DNA from: Macrostomum lignano
Taxonomy: Eukaryota
DNA length: 64,000 nucleotides
Direction of reading: 5' to 3'
Assembly (NCBI GenBank): GCA_002269645.1
Contig: NIVC01002768.1
Span: 78,180-142,179 of the forward strand
The position numbers were made by a program, and so were the translations under genes. The notes under the pieces were generated by a model. The model did not search any database, was not told where the DNA came from, and worked only from the letters and a program-made list of their open reading frames with translations. Of the stretch, positions 13,848 through 25,352 are shown piece after piece (the stretch's first letter is position 1; each line of letters begins with the position of its first letter).

Positions 13848-14189
13848 ATGTCTGCCGAGAACCTGAGCGAAATGGCCTGCACCTATGCGGCCCTCATTCT
13901 GGCTGACGACGATGTTGAAGTGACCGGCGACAAGATCTCCGCCATTCTGAAGGCCGCCGGCGTCACTGTCGAGCCGTTTTGGCCCAACATGTTCGCCCGG
14001 GCGCTCAGCGGCGTGAAGGTCAAGGACCTGCTGTCCAACGTTGGCTCCTCTGTTGGCTCCGCCCCCGCCGCTGGAGCCGCCGCTCCGGCCGCCGCTGCAG
14101 CCGCCGTAGAGCCGGCAGCGAGCAAAGCCAAGGAGCCGGAGCCGGAGTCCGAGTCCGACGATGACATGGGCTTCGATCTGTTCGGCTAA
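13848..14189 (+). CDS. RPLP1: 60S acidic ribosomal protein P1
   Basis: [37 protein letters not shown], Ala-rich hinge, acidic [10 protein letters not shown] end, AATAAA at 14285-14290. Possible 5' UTR intron at about 13778-13831. Confidence 0.97.
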   Translation: MSAENLSEMACTYAALILADDDVEVTGDKISAILKAAGVTVEPFWPNMFARALSGVKVKDLLSNVGSSVGSAPAAGAAAPAAAAAAVEPAASKAKEPEPESESDDDMGFDLFG

Positions 14190-15269
14190 TAACTGTTAAC
14201 TGATTCAAGTTTCTATCGATTCCCGTCTAACTGTCAAAAAATATGATAGCAAAAACGTGTCTTGAAATGTTGATCTGACGGTTTAATAAACCAAGTTTAG
14301 CCGCGCGCAAGGTTTGGTCTTTGTGGCGAACAAATTGTTGGCTGGAATGAAAATGCTACCATTGTTTTCTTTTGAGTATTTGTCAAATTTATTTATTTTC
14401 TGTGATCGATACTGAAGTATCGGTTGATGACGTCATAGATGATGCACTGACCATTGTCTAGTTCTCTGTCATGGGTATCAACAATGATCTTGGATATTTT
14501 CGTCTCTTTTGCAAGCTCACTTTCACCATTAGCCGTACGTTCTCAATCAGCTGTTTTACCATTTTCAAGCCCTCAATAAATAGCGTAGTGTAGCCTCAGG
14601 GTACATGTATGAAAGTTAATAGGGAGCTGCAAAGAAATGGCTTGAGAAAAAACTTTTAGAGTACGGCAATTTCTTCATATAAACCAAAGTCTGATGGTTA
14701 AACGATAACCCAAACCTACCTACGCTAGCCATAAACTTTATGCTTTTTATTATTGTATTTCGATCTTTCATTTCTCAGTGCACACTGCCGGGTGAGTATG
14801 TTGTTTCCTGCAACGTGGCAAATAAAATCAATTTTACACGCAGTGATCGAACATTTCACCTCCGTCCGTCAGTCAATTCTATTAAACTACATTGTATACA
14901 AAGCAAAAAAAAGCAGCATTCTCGCAGTTTTTACAAACTTCCTATTCGAAATCCCCCGATTGACAACCGGAAAATTTTCAATCGTGCCAAGTAAGACAGA
15001 AGACATTCTTCATTTCTATTCTGTATCGTTTATACTGTTTTTATTACTAGAAGTAGTATATCGAGGATATTTGGGCTCCGTTCTTTATATGAAACAAATT
15101 GAATTAATGTAGACAGGGTCGGATTTTCCGAGTAAAACCGCTGCTGCTATGAATGTACAATTGTACATTGCTCAAGGACTTCTAGAAAAGTCTTATGGAC
15201 TAGTGGCTACAAACTAAAGAAACGCACCCCATTGCAGTTTCCTGATCGCAGTCACTGAACACAAGATAT

Positions 15270-15462
15270 TAGCGCCGAATTAGCGCCACAGTCCACGTTT
15301 GAGTGCCACAGCCTAGGTTTTAGCGCCACAGCCTAGATTTTAGCCCCACAGTTTTGCTTTTAGCGTCACCGTTTAAATTTGTGTCACAGCCTGGATTTTT
15401 GCGCCACAGTCTAGATTTTAGCGCCACAGTCTAGATTTTAGCGCCACAGTCTAGATTTTAGG
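15270..15462. repeat. 20-bp minisatellite, short version
   Basis: TTTAGCGCCACAGTCTAGAT-type units, about 9 mostly degenerate copies. Confidence 0.85.
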
Positions 15463-16033
15463 TTTTTAATCGTGCTTATAATAGTTTCTTATTCATTCCT
15501 GGGGGGGCGTCTTCGATCCCTTTGACCTTCTTATACACAAGTCAACAACAGTTGAGCATTATTTGAGATGGGTCAGTGCCCCATTCAGCTGCCCCCTTTC
15601 TCCCCTGTTCCGCGACCCCTGGAAACAAAATATTGCATCCATGCAGTTTTAGTTAATTTGCAATAACAGTGCGGTAGACTTTCGTAATCCCTGTCCTGTT
15701 TAGCCCTTGGTCTTAGTTTCCATTCCAGTTGCTTGTTAGGGAATCCATGGTCGCCGTCTAGAACCAAACCTCGTGATGTTTCTAAAATTAGGTGCAGTTT
15801 ATTATTTTTCACTACTTAAATAATACGTGAGTCATGTGAACGGACTTCTCTCTCCTCCCTGTCAACCTGTTTGCGAAGAAAGATGTAGAACATTCTAGAA
15901 TTTTCCATAGCCAATCCCAGTCGAACAGCAGTACCGTATAAAATACTGATGTCCATGACGCCGGAGCCCAGCAGTTTTGCTTCATTAAATTCTCGGCATA
16001 CCGCAGCCGTCGAAACCCACAGCAATTGGCGTC

Positions 16034-16835
16034 ATGCCAAACCCCATTCCAAATCGACTGCGGCCTCCGCCAAGAACAGTTGGCCTCAACGAGGCTGACC
16101 GCTCGCGCCTTCCCAGCTGTTCGGACTGCCATCTGCCAGCCTTTGGGGCCTTTAAGACGCCGCATGGCTGTCGCTTGTGCGGATTCTGCTGGGGTCGATT
16201 GGCCTGTTTGGAGAGGCTGCCCTGTCCAGGTAAATCTTAATTGGATAAATTATTTATAATCATATTTTAAGTAAACGAGTTGATTTTGGAGATATAAAAA
16301 GACGTCAATTTACAAAGAAAGTTACAATCACATAAATAGCTGGATAGATAGAGACAAAATATTTTAGTATAGTGGACTGGCCATCTAGTGCCCCCTTCGG
16401 GATAATTCAATTGTGTCAAGTGTAATGCTCTCGTTAGAGAAATGCCGGGCCAGATGTACATGTAAATAAAAATACAGACAATAAACGTTTATGGTCATTT
16501 TTCAACTTCCAGGGGCCAGGAAGCATCACGCCTGTCGAGGCGCTGTCAAATTCCACCAGGACGAGTGCAGCCCCGACCAGGAAGCGAGGCTGCAGCTGAG
16601 CGGCGTGTTTATTGAGTGCTGGAACTCATCGTCCGGCTGCCTCTACATCATGCCCTACATGAAACTGAGCACTCACGAGGCTCAAGAGTGCCAATTCAAG
16701 CTGGTGTCCTGCACCGGCTGTCATCGCAACCTGCTGCGCCGAGATCTTGGCGATCATCAGCGCAGTGACGAGTGCCGGCAAATTTTGATAGCCAATTTAG
16801 GCAACTATGGCGTGCCTAATGATGGCGACAAGTGA
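16034..16835 (+). CDS. TRAF-like RING/zinc-finger protein lacking the MATH domain, copy 1 (172 aa)
   Basis: Exons 16034-16229 and 16513-16835 (CCAG|GTAAAT...TTCCAG|GG, phase 1). CSDC-x11-HGCRLCGFC-x11-CP, then PDQEARLQLSGVFIECWNSSSGC...H...C...CTGC...H...C, matching the TRAF6-type N-terminal region. Confidence 0.85.
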
Positions 16836-17321
16836 ACCGAGAGAACAGTTCCTCCTTTTCTGTCTGTCTCTCCGTGGTCTCCTTGGTGGAAAAAAAACAA
16901 AATGACGCAAAATGGCGACATTTTTCGTTTAAAAAACCGACTTACGTATAACATGCGCTTTTTCGTTACTTAACAATTATTTAGTAGTATTTCACGATTA
17001 TTTCTCCTGATAAAAAATCCTATACAGTCACGTGTAGTGTAACTCTGTCGCATCAAATTCTTTTCTTCATTAACTCCTACTCTACATTTGTAGAACTTTA
17101 TCATGCACCTATATTATTTGCGAGGAAATAAATACGAGCTAAAATTTCAAATACGATCTCTTGAAAACTCTCATTTCACTTAAGAGCATATAGCGTCCAT
17201 TTACATTTTCATTAGACTTTATTTTTAATTAAAAATCTTCGTTAAAACTGTCTCATTAAGTTGTAAGTAATGTGCTCATTGCTCTACTAATAGCTCAATA
17301 GCATAAGCGTGTTAGTATAGC

Positions 17322-17480
17322 CCAGGGGTCGGCAAACTCCGGCCCGCGATCCGCATACAGCCCGCGAAGCCTCTATCCGGTCCTCGGGTCCTTTGAAACT
17401 TCTCTCCTTTCCTCTCACCCCTCTTCTCTCCTCTTCTATCTCCTCTCCTCTCCCCTCTCCTCGCATCTCTCCTCTTCTCT
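17322..17480. mobile_element. hAT/Charlie-like MITE, one end plus CT-rich core
   Basis: CAGGGGTCGGCAAAC...CGGCCCGCG terminus followed by a CT-rich tract. Related to the elements at 25.4, 58.9 and 62.6 kb. Confidence 0.6.
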
Positions 17481-17945
17481 CTCCTCTATTCTGTGTGAGT
17501 GTGAGGCTGTGCGTATGACTGCGTACAGTATCCGCGCGCTTGTGTGCCTGCTCAGGGGAGTCGGCGGAATTGGCAGTAATGCCTCTCGCCGGTTGTGTGA
17601 CCGATATACCGATGGACAATAACACGAAAATATGTTGACAATCACACGCATCTCAAAGTGCAGTTAATGGGCAACGAAACGCAGCTTGTCAATGTCGCTT
17701 GAAGTGCACCATGGTGTACTCAGCCCCCTGCCTCTAATAATAAAAACCTAAATCTGGGTTTAAATCACAGCCGTTGGTTTCATAACTTCATCACACCATG
17801 GCAGATGATGATGTTAAAACTCGTTAAGCTTATTAAAAATTTAAGAAAGATTCAGAGAAACAAACCATGCAAAAATGCAGTCAGCTTTGGCGCAGATCGA
17901 ATTCGCGCCACACTTAGCTAACAGATTTATAGAAAGTTGCAGATC
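17480..17945 (+). other. Duplicated remnant of the SelW copy-1 intron, with no exon
   Basis: TGCGTATGACTGCGTAC...CTCAGGGGAGTCGGCGGAAT...TGTCGCTTGAAGTGC...GAATTCGCGCCACA aligns to 27470-27790. Confidence 0.85.
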
Positions 17946-18105
17946 AAACTAGATTTTAGGCTTTTTATCACAGAATAGTTCTTTAATTAACTACCGGGGT
18001 CTTTGACCACTCCTCTCCTCTTGACCTCTCCACCTCTTCTAGATAGATACCCCAGCTGACAGCAGTTGAGTATTATTTGAGAGAGGTCAATGACCCTATC
18101 TCAAT

Positions 18106-18770
18106 TATGGGTCACGATTCCGGGATTTAGGGCTTTTTCCGGGATCCCGGGATTCACAGGGTCGGGATTCAATCCCGGAACGTTAATGCTATGTTTTTAT
18201 AATGTCTGATATAATAGCAAGTATTTTATCATAAAATGGCAGTCAGTTCAAATATGGAACATACATGCATACATGTCCATTCTCCGTTGCCCACTTTGTA
18301 AGGTCTTTAATGTTGTTTGAGTTGAGTCTTGTTTAAATCATTTAACGTTGAGATTTGATTTTAAAGTTTAAACTCGTAGTCGTGAGTCCAGACTCCAGAC
18401 TGACAAGTGACAACGTGAATGCCCAGGCGGTAGTAGGTTGTGACTTGTGTTGTGACTGTGAGTCCTTGTGACTCCTTGTGAGTGTGCCTCATGCCACGGG
18501 CCAATCCACGAGTCATGTGCATTTGTTTTGCAATGTGCATCCTGCTAGTGCTACTACATAGTATGTAATACATGTAATACATTCATATTGCTTTGCATAG
18601 TAATGTTCTCACGTTAGTCACGTGATAAAAAAAAGTAATTCACAGCGTTATTATAACAATGTTACGACAAGGATGGTACTGGAAAAATATCAATCCCGGG
18701 ATCCCGGGATTCGACATTTCCTAATCCCGGGATCCCGGGATGGACAGAATCCGGGATTTTGTGACCCCTA
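18106..18770. mobile_element. Non-autonomous hAT-type element (MITE)
   Basis: Imperfect TIRs TATGGGTCACGATTCCGGG / CCGGGATTTTGTGACCCCTA, subterminal CCCGGGATCCCGGGA repeats, and an 8-bp TSD ATCTCAAT (18098-18105, 18771-18778). The paralogous site near 22415 is empty. Confidence 0.88.
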
Positions 18771-19208
18771 ATCTCAATGCCAGGACTCAGCTGCCCCTTT
18801 TGCCCTCTTCACTACTTTTCCGTGGCCACTGGAAACAAATTATATCCATTTACAGTGTATAGTTAAATGCAATAGCAGTGCAGTAGACTTTCGTAATCCT
18901 CGTCCTAGTTTAGCTCTGTCTTGGTCTCCATTCCAGTTGCTGGTTTGGGAATCCATGGTCGTCGTCTGGGCCAAACCTCGTGATGTTTCTAAAATTAGTA
19001 TTTTTTCAGTCCTAAAGTACTTCGTGAGTCGCGTAAACGGACCCCTCCCCACCCTGCAAGGCTGTTTACAAAGTTTTCGAACATTCTAGAATTTTCTATA
19101 GCCAATCCCAGTCGAACAGCAGTACCGTATAAAATACTGATGTCTATAAATACGAGCGTGATTAGGCTATGCCGCCGAAGCCCACAGTTTGCTGTTTTAA
19201 TTCTCAGC

Positions 19209-20045
19209 ATGCGAATACGACCTCCACCAAGAACAGTTGGCCTCAACGAGGCTGACCGCTCGCGCCTTCCCAGCTGTTCGGACTGCCATCTGCCAGCCTT
19301 TGGAGCCTTTAAGACGCCGCATGGCTGTCGCTTGTGCGGATTCTGCTGGGGTCGATTGGCCTGTTTGGAGAGGCTGCCCTGTCCAGGTAAATCTTAATTG
19401 GATAAATTATTGATAATCATATTTTAAGTAAACGAGTTGCTTTTGGAGATATTAAATTTACAAAGAAAGTTACAATCACATAAATAGCTAGATAGATAGA
19501 GACAAAATATTTTAGTATAGTGGACTGGCCATCTAGTGCCCCCCTTCGGGGCGGCCAATAAGCAAGGAGCAAAATAAATTTATGCAAATCCATTAAAAGA
19601 TTATTCAAGAGATTATTCAATTATGTCAAATGTAATGCTCTCAGTAGAGAAAGGCCATATCAGATATAAATGTAAATAAAAATACAGACAATAAACGTTT
19701 ATGGTCATTTTTCAACTTCCAGGTGCCAGGAAGCATCACGCCTGTCAAAACGCTGTCAAATTCCACCAGGACGAGTGCAGCCCCGACCAGGAAGCGAGGC
19801 TGCAGCTGAGCTGCGTGTTTGTCGAGTGCTGGAACTCATCTCGCGGCTGCCTCTACATCATGCCCTACATGAAACTGAGCACTCACGAGGCTCAAGAGTG
19901 CCAATTCAAGCTGGTGTCCTGCACCGGCTGTCATCGCAACCTGCTGCGCCGAGATCTTGGCGATCATCAGCACAGTGACGAGTGCCGGCAATTTTTGATA
20001 GCCAATTTAGGCAACTATGGCGTGCCTAATGATGGCGACAACTGA
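19209..20045 (+). CDS. TRAF-like RING/zinc-finger protein, copy 2 (~166 aa)
   Basis: Exons 19209-19386 and 19723-20045. N-terminus shortened to MRIRPPP; same Cys/His pattern; start codon inferred. Confidence 0.82.
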
Positions 20046-21054
20046 TGCGAGAGAACAGCTTCTGTCTGTCCCTTCGAGGTCTCCTCTGTGGAAAAAAAAC
20101 AAAATGACGCAAAATGGCGACATTTTTCGTTTAAAAAACCGACCTACGTATAACATGCGCTTTTTTTCACTACTGAATAGTTTAGTAGTATTTCACGATA
20201 AATATGTAACAAACAAAAACAAAAACCTGTGCTATTGCTTGTAGTGCAGGCTGTTTTGATAATTTTTTGCGAGTAAATAAATACAAGCTATAAAGTTTCA
20301 TATACGATCACTGAAACTCACATGTCTCCTACGATTCTAGCGTTCATTCGGCTTTGTACCGGTACTGAACTTTCATTTTAAACGGTGGATCTTCGTTATC
20401 GTTAAGTTTGTCTCATTAAGTTGTAAGTAAATGTGTCCATTGATTTGGCAATAGCCAAGGACAACTGAATCAATTCGTAATATCAACGTAATATCAATCC
20501 CCAATGAAGAATCTCCCTACCCTGAAACCCCCCAGTCCCCATGCCCCGGTGTTTGGCTTTAAGCTTATATAGTTGGGTTGAAGCAACCTAAAAAAGCTCA
20601 AATTCGAAATAAGCACTATCTAAAACCCTAAGGAGACGAAATTATGATTCTATCAAAAATAAAACTATTTTATCTACCTAAAGTTCAAGAAGGCACCACC
20701 TGGATGCCGGTTCTGGCCGGGCCCCTGTTCCCCACTGGCACATCCGGGCATGCGTTGTCCTGGTGTAGAACCCACCTTACAGACACTTGCTTCGGCTGCA
20801 GATCATGGACATGGACCAGTATCTAAAAAATGGTCTTGGATATTTTCGTCTTCCGCAAGCTCTCATCATGAGCCGTACGTTCTCAATCAGCTGTTTCAGC
20901 ATTTTCAAGCCCTCATAAATAGCGTCGGGGTCATGAGAGGTTTCATGCCTCTCCGGGGTACATGTATGAAAGTTAATAGGGAGCTGCAAAGAAATGGCTT
21001 GAGAAAAAACTTTTAGAGTAAAGCAATTTCTTCATCAAAGCATCAATCCTATAG

Positions 21055-21378
21055 TAAAAAATCTGGCAGTCAAAGTCTCAGTCAAAAGTCTGGCAGCCAA
21101 AAGTCTGTCGGTCAAATGTCTGGTAGTCAAAAGTCTGGCAATCAAAAGTCTGGTAGTCAAAAGTCTGGCAGTCAAAAGTCTGGTAGTCAAAAGTCTGGCA
21201 ATCAAAAGTCTGGCAGTCAAAAGTCCGGCAGTCAAAAGTCTGGCAATCAAAAGTCTGGCAATCAAAAGTCTGGTAGTCAAAAGTCTGGCAGTCAAAAGTC
21301 TGGTAGTCAAAAGTCTGGCAGTCAAAAGTCTGGTAGTCAAAAGTCTGGCAATCAAAAGTCTGGCAATCAAAAGTCTGG
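21055..21378. repeat. 15-bp minisatellite
   Basis: CAAAAGTCTGG(C/T)A(G/A)T units. Explains the SGSQK, FDCQT and ARLL ORFs. Confidence 0.95.
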
Positions 21379-21629
21379 TTATTATTATTAGTAGATTTTA
21401 TTATTACTAGAAGTAGTATATAGAGGATATTTGGGCTCTGTTCTTTATATGGAACAAATTGAATTAATGCAGACAGGTCGGATTTTCCTAGTAAAATAGC
21501 TGCTGCTATGAATGTACAATTGTGCATTGCTCAAGGACTTCTAGAAAAGTCTTATGGACTAGTATAGCTGCAAACTAAAGAAACGCACCCCATTGCAGTT
21601 TCCTGACCGCAGTCACTGAACACAAGATA

Positions 21630-22290
21630 TTAGCGCTGAATTAGCGCCATCGGTTAAATTTTAGCGCCAAAGTCGAGATTTAGCGCTAGAGACTGCATTT
21701 TAACGCTACAGTCTACATTTTAGCGCCACAATCTAAATTTTAACGCCGCAGTCTGGATTTTAGCGCCACAGTCTAGATTTTAGCGCCACAGTCTAGATTT
21801 TAGCGCCACAGTCTAGATTTTAGCGCCACAGCCTGGATTTTAGCGCCGCAGTCTAGATTTTAGCGCCACAGCCTGGAATTTAGCGCCACAGCCTGGAATT
21901 TAGCGCCACAGCCTGGATTTTAGCGCCACAGCCTGGATTTTAGCGCCGCAGTCTAGATTTTAGCGCCACAGTCTAGAATTTAGCGCCACAGCCTGGAATT
22001 TAGCGCCACAGCCTGGATTTTAGCGCCACAGCCTGGATTTTAGCGCCACAGCCTGGATTTTAGCACCGCAGTCTAGATTTTAGCGCCACAGTCTAGAATT
22101 TAGCGCCGCAGTCTAGATTTTAGCGCCACAGTCTAGAATTTAGCGCCACAGCCTGGATTTTAGCGCCGCAGTCTAGATTTTAGCGCCACAGTCTAGATTT
22201 TAGCGCCACAGTCTAGATTTTAGCGCCACAGCCTGGATTTTAGCGCCGCAGTCTAGATTTTAACGCCACAGCCTAGAATTTAACGTCGCA
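21630..22290. repeat. 20-bp minisatellite, expanded version
   Basis: TTTAGCGCCACAG(T/C)CT(A/G)GAT, about 32 copies, at the position paralogous to 15270-15462. Confidence 0.95.
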
Positions 22291-23070
22291 ATTTATATTT
22301 GTGGTTTTTTTAAATAAAAAAACTTTTTTATTCATTCTCAGAGGTCTCACCCCTTGACCTTCTAAATGGATGTACCAGTCAACAGGAGTTGAGTATTATT
22401 TGAGAGGGGTCAATGCCCCATTCTCAACGCCAGACGCCAGCTGCCCCCCCCCCCTGTTCCGCGAGCCCTGGAAACATCCAGTTTTAGTTAAATGCTAAAT
22501 GCAATAACAGTGCAGTTGACTTTCTCAATTCCTGTCTTAGTTTAACCCTGTCTTAGCCCTCCATTCCAGTTGCTGGTTTGGGAATCCATGGGCGCCCGCG
22601 CCGTCTGGGCCGAACGTGGTGTTTCTAAAATTAGGCTTTTATTTACTACTTACATTTAAGTACTTCGTGCGTCACGTGAACGGACTTGTCTCAGGGGTGG
22701 GTAAGGGGGCAGTAGACAATGCTGAAGCCAACGATGTGCTTGCTCTTGTGCAAGAATAATGACCTTGAAATTGGCGTTACAAATTTCAATCAGTAATAGT
22801 AAATTTATCCCTATTATTCTTTACAATTAATTTTAAAGCAAACTAAAAAGATTTTGAGTCTACTTTTGTAAAAAAATAAGGGCGTGATTGTGTGTAACAA
22901 TAGTGGATCTACTTCATATTACTTCAGTAAATCCAGCAATACCATACGAATACAATAGTCTATAAATAGCCAAATAGGAGCGAAATCTCGCTATGCCGCC
23001 GGAGCCTAAAGTTTTGCTTTATTAAATTCTCAGCATACCGCATCCGTGTAAACTGGCAAAAATTGACACC

Positions 23071-24224
23071 ATGCCAAATCCAATTCAAAATCGACTGCGG
23101 CCTCCGCCAAGAACAGTTGGCCTCAACGAGGCTGACCGCTCGCGCCTTCCCAGCTGTTCGGACTGCCATCTGCCAGCCTTTGGGGCCTTTAAGACGCCGC
23201 ATGGCTGTCGCTTGTGCGGATTCTGCTGGGGTCGATTGGCCTGTTTGGAGAGGCTGCCCTGTCCAGGTAAATCTTAATTCATAAATTATTCATGATCATA
23301 CTTTAAGTAAATGAGTTAATTTGGAGATATTAAATAACCGCAATTTACTATGAAATTTAAAATCGCATAGATAGCTAGATAGACGGGATTATTGGGATAT
23401 CCCGGCCAATGATAATGTAGTTATTATATCAATGTAAAGATATAATTGCTAGAGAAAGCAGAGAGGAAGGAATTGGAGTAGGAGAGGAAAGATGAGAGAG
23501 GAGAGGAGAGAAGAGAGGAGAGAAGAGAGGAGAAAGGAGAAGGAGTAGAGAACACAAACACCTGTTTCTTCGCTGCTTTCTTCTGCAGTACCCTCTAACA
23601 ACTTCGCCTGTTCGTTCCGATGACCGTCTCTTTGACGCTTTCATTAGGCATCGTGAAACTAAAGTGAATATAAGGATCGTGCTCTAGTAAGCTACCAGTA
23701 GGATTTTTGCAATTGGCTATGTCTGTTTTAATTTTTACTATTCTCCATTGGGTATCGGATAACACGAAACTGACGCAAGTAATCAATCGGGCTGTGGGTA
23801 TCGTATGGCGTAAGACTGTCGAGAAAGTCCGTGCCAGATATACATGTAAATAAATACACAGACAATCCAATCAACGTTTATGATAATTTTTAACCTTCCA
23901 GGTGCCAGGAAGCACCACGCCTGTCAAGGCGCTGTCAAACTCTACCAGGACGAGTGCAGCCCCGACCAGGAAGCGAGGCTGCAGCTGAGCTGCGTGTTTG
24001 TCGAGTGCTGGAACTCATCTCGCGGCTGCCTCTACATCATGCCCTACATGAAACTGAGCACTCACGAGGCTCAAGAGTGCCAATTCAAGCTGGTGTCCTG
24101 TACCGGCTGTCATCGCAACCTGCTGCGCCGAGATCTTGGCGATCATCAGCGCAGTGACGAGTGCCGGCAATTTTTGATAGCCAATTTAGGCAACTATGGC
24201 GTGGCTAATGATGGCGACAACTGA
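23071..24224 (+). CDS. TRAF-like RING/zinc-finger protein, copy 3 (172 aa)
   Basis: Exons 23071-23266 and 23902-24224. The intron carries an extra insertion at about 23390-23830. Confidence 0.85.
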
Positions 24225-24426
24225 TGCGAGAGAACAGCTTCTGTCTGTCCCTTCGAGGTCTCCTCTGTGGAAAGAACAAAATGACGCAATATGGCGACAT
24301 TTTTCGTTTTAAAAATTGACTTGCGTATAACATGCGCTTTTTTCACTACTGAATAGTTTAGTAGTATTTCGCGATAAATATATAGCAAACAAAAACAAAA
24401 ACCTGTGCTATTGCTTGTAGTGCAGG

Positions 24427-25180
24427 TTTTGTTTGACTAATTATTTATTTTTTGTTAAAACTTGTGCCGTAAAAAACCGGCCCGGATCAGTTCCGAAGAA
24501 CCTGCCGCAGTTTTATTTTGTTGGCTGCCTGAGTTTAGCTACCTGAGACTAGTATAGGACTCAGTGGTCACACCAGCCATGCCCGGCACTTCCTGGAGTG
24601 CATCATGCACAATGTCCTCAACCATTTTACTGGTTGATTCGACAGTGAGGACCTCACCAGGCGGTCGGGACAGGGCCTGCACAACCACTTGAGTCAGAGA
24701 GCGGGTGATCAGGGGCAGCAACATGCTCACCACCGACACAAAGTCACTAAGCTGCAGCTGCAACGCTTGGCCGGCATCAGCTGACGCGGCAGTCGCATTG
24801 GCATCGGCGCTGGCAGCTGCTGCTGGCTGACTCGGTCTCGGCCGCAGGAGCGCTCTTGGCATCTTCGGTCACGATGACAAGCGGCCGGATCGCGGCAGGT
24901 GCCGGCACTGTGCGTCGGCCTTGGCGGATCAGCCAGCCGCTGTCGGAGTCGTCGGCGGCGGAGTCGTCGTCGGGCTCACTTGACGCAGGCAGCGCATGGG
25001 CGGCACTGGCCTCTGCAGCCGCTCTGGTCGCCTTGTCGTGCTCCGCCTAAGCGACGGTGCAGGCTCGACTGGGTGGTGCGGTGCGAGCCGCCGCAGTTGA
25101 CGCAGACCGCCGCCGGGCCCTCGTGCTGGCACTTCAATTCCAGGAATGCTGGCCGCCGCATAAATATAATCTACTAATAC
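24427..25180 (-). mobile_element. Decayed non-LTR retrotransposon ORF1 fragment
   Basis: C..E...VCVNCGGSHRT zinc-knuckle-like motif typical of LINE ORF1 C-termini, followed by a frameshift and a stop. Absent at the paralogous positions of units 1 and 2. Confidence 0.6.
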
Positions 25181-25352
25181 TAAAACTGACGTATTTATAT
25201 AAATACGAGCTACACAAGATCATATACGATCACTGAAACTCACATTTCACTACGAGTCTAGCGTTAATTTGCCTTTCATTTGGTATTAGACTTTCCATTT
25301 TAAACTGATCATCTTCGTTAAGTTTGTCTTATGAAGTTGTAAATAATTCCTT

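Larger units (their letters stand above)
14440..25350 (+). other. Tandem segmental triplication carrying the TRAF-like gene (units ~14440-17320, ~17990-20460, ~20830-25350)
   Basis: Shared non-coding blocks: 14491-14670 vs 20837-21030; 15037-15260 vs 21401-21630; 15520-15960 vs 17990-19140 vs 22340-22700; 3' flanks 16890-17270 vs 20100-20430 vs 24280-25340. Confidence 0.9.

Noticed and set aside
20777-20989. Minus-strand frame EGLKMLKQLIENVRLM conserved in units 1 and 3
   Set aside because: Frameshifted in unit 1; the conservation is explained by the segmental duplication.
10460-23033. Trans-spliced operon (AG acceptors shortly before the ATGs of STAT, RPLP1 and the TRAF copies)
   Set aside because: Plausible cis donors exist upstream for STAT and RPLP1, no spliced-leader evidence is visible in genomic DNA, and the gene spacing is long.
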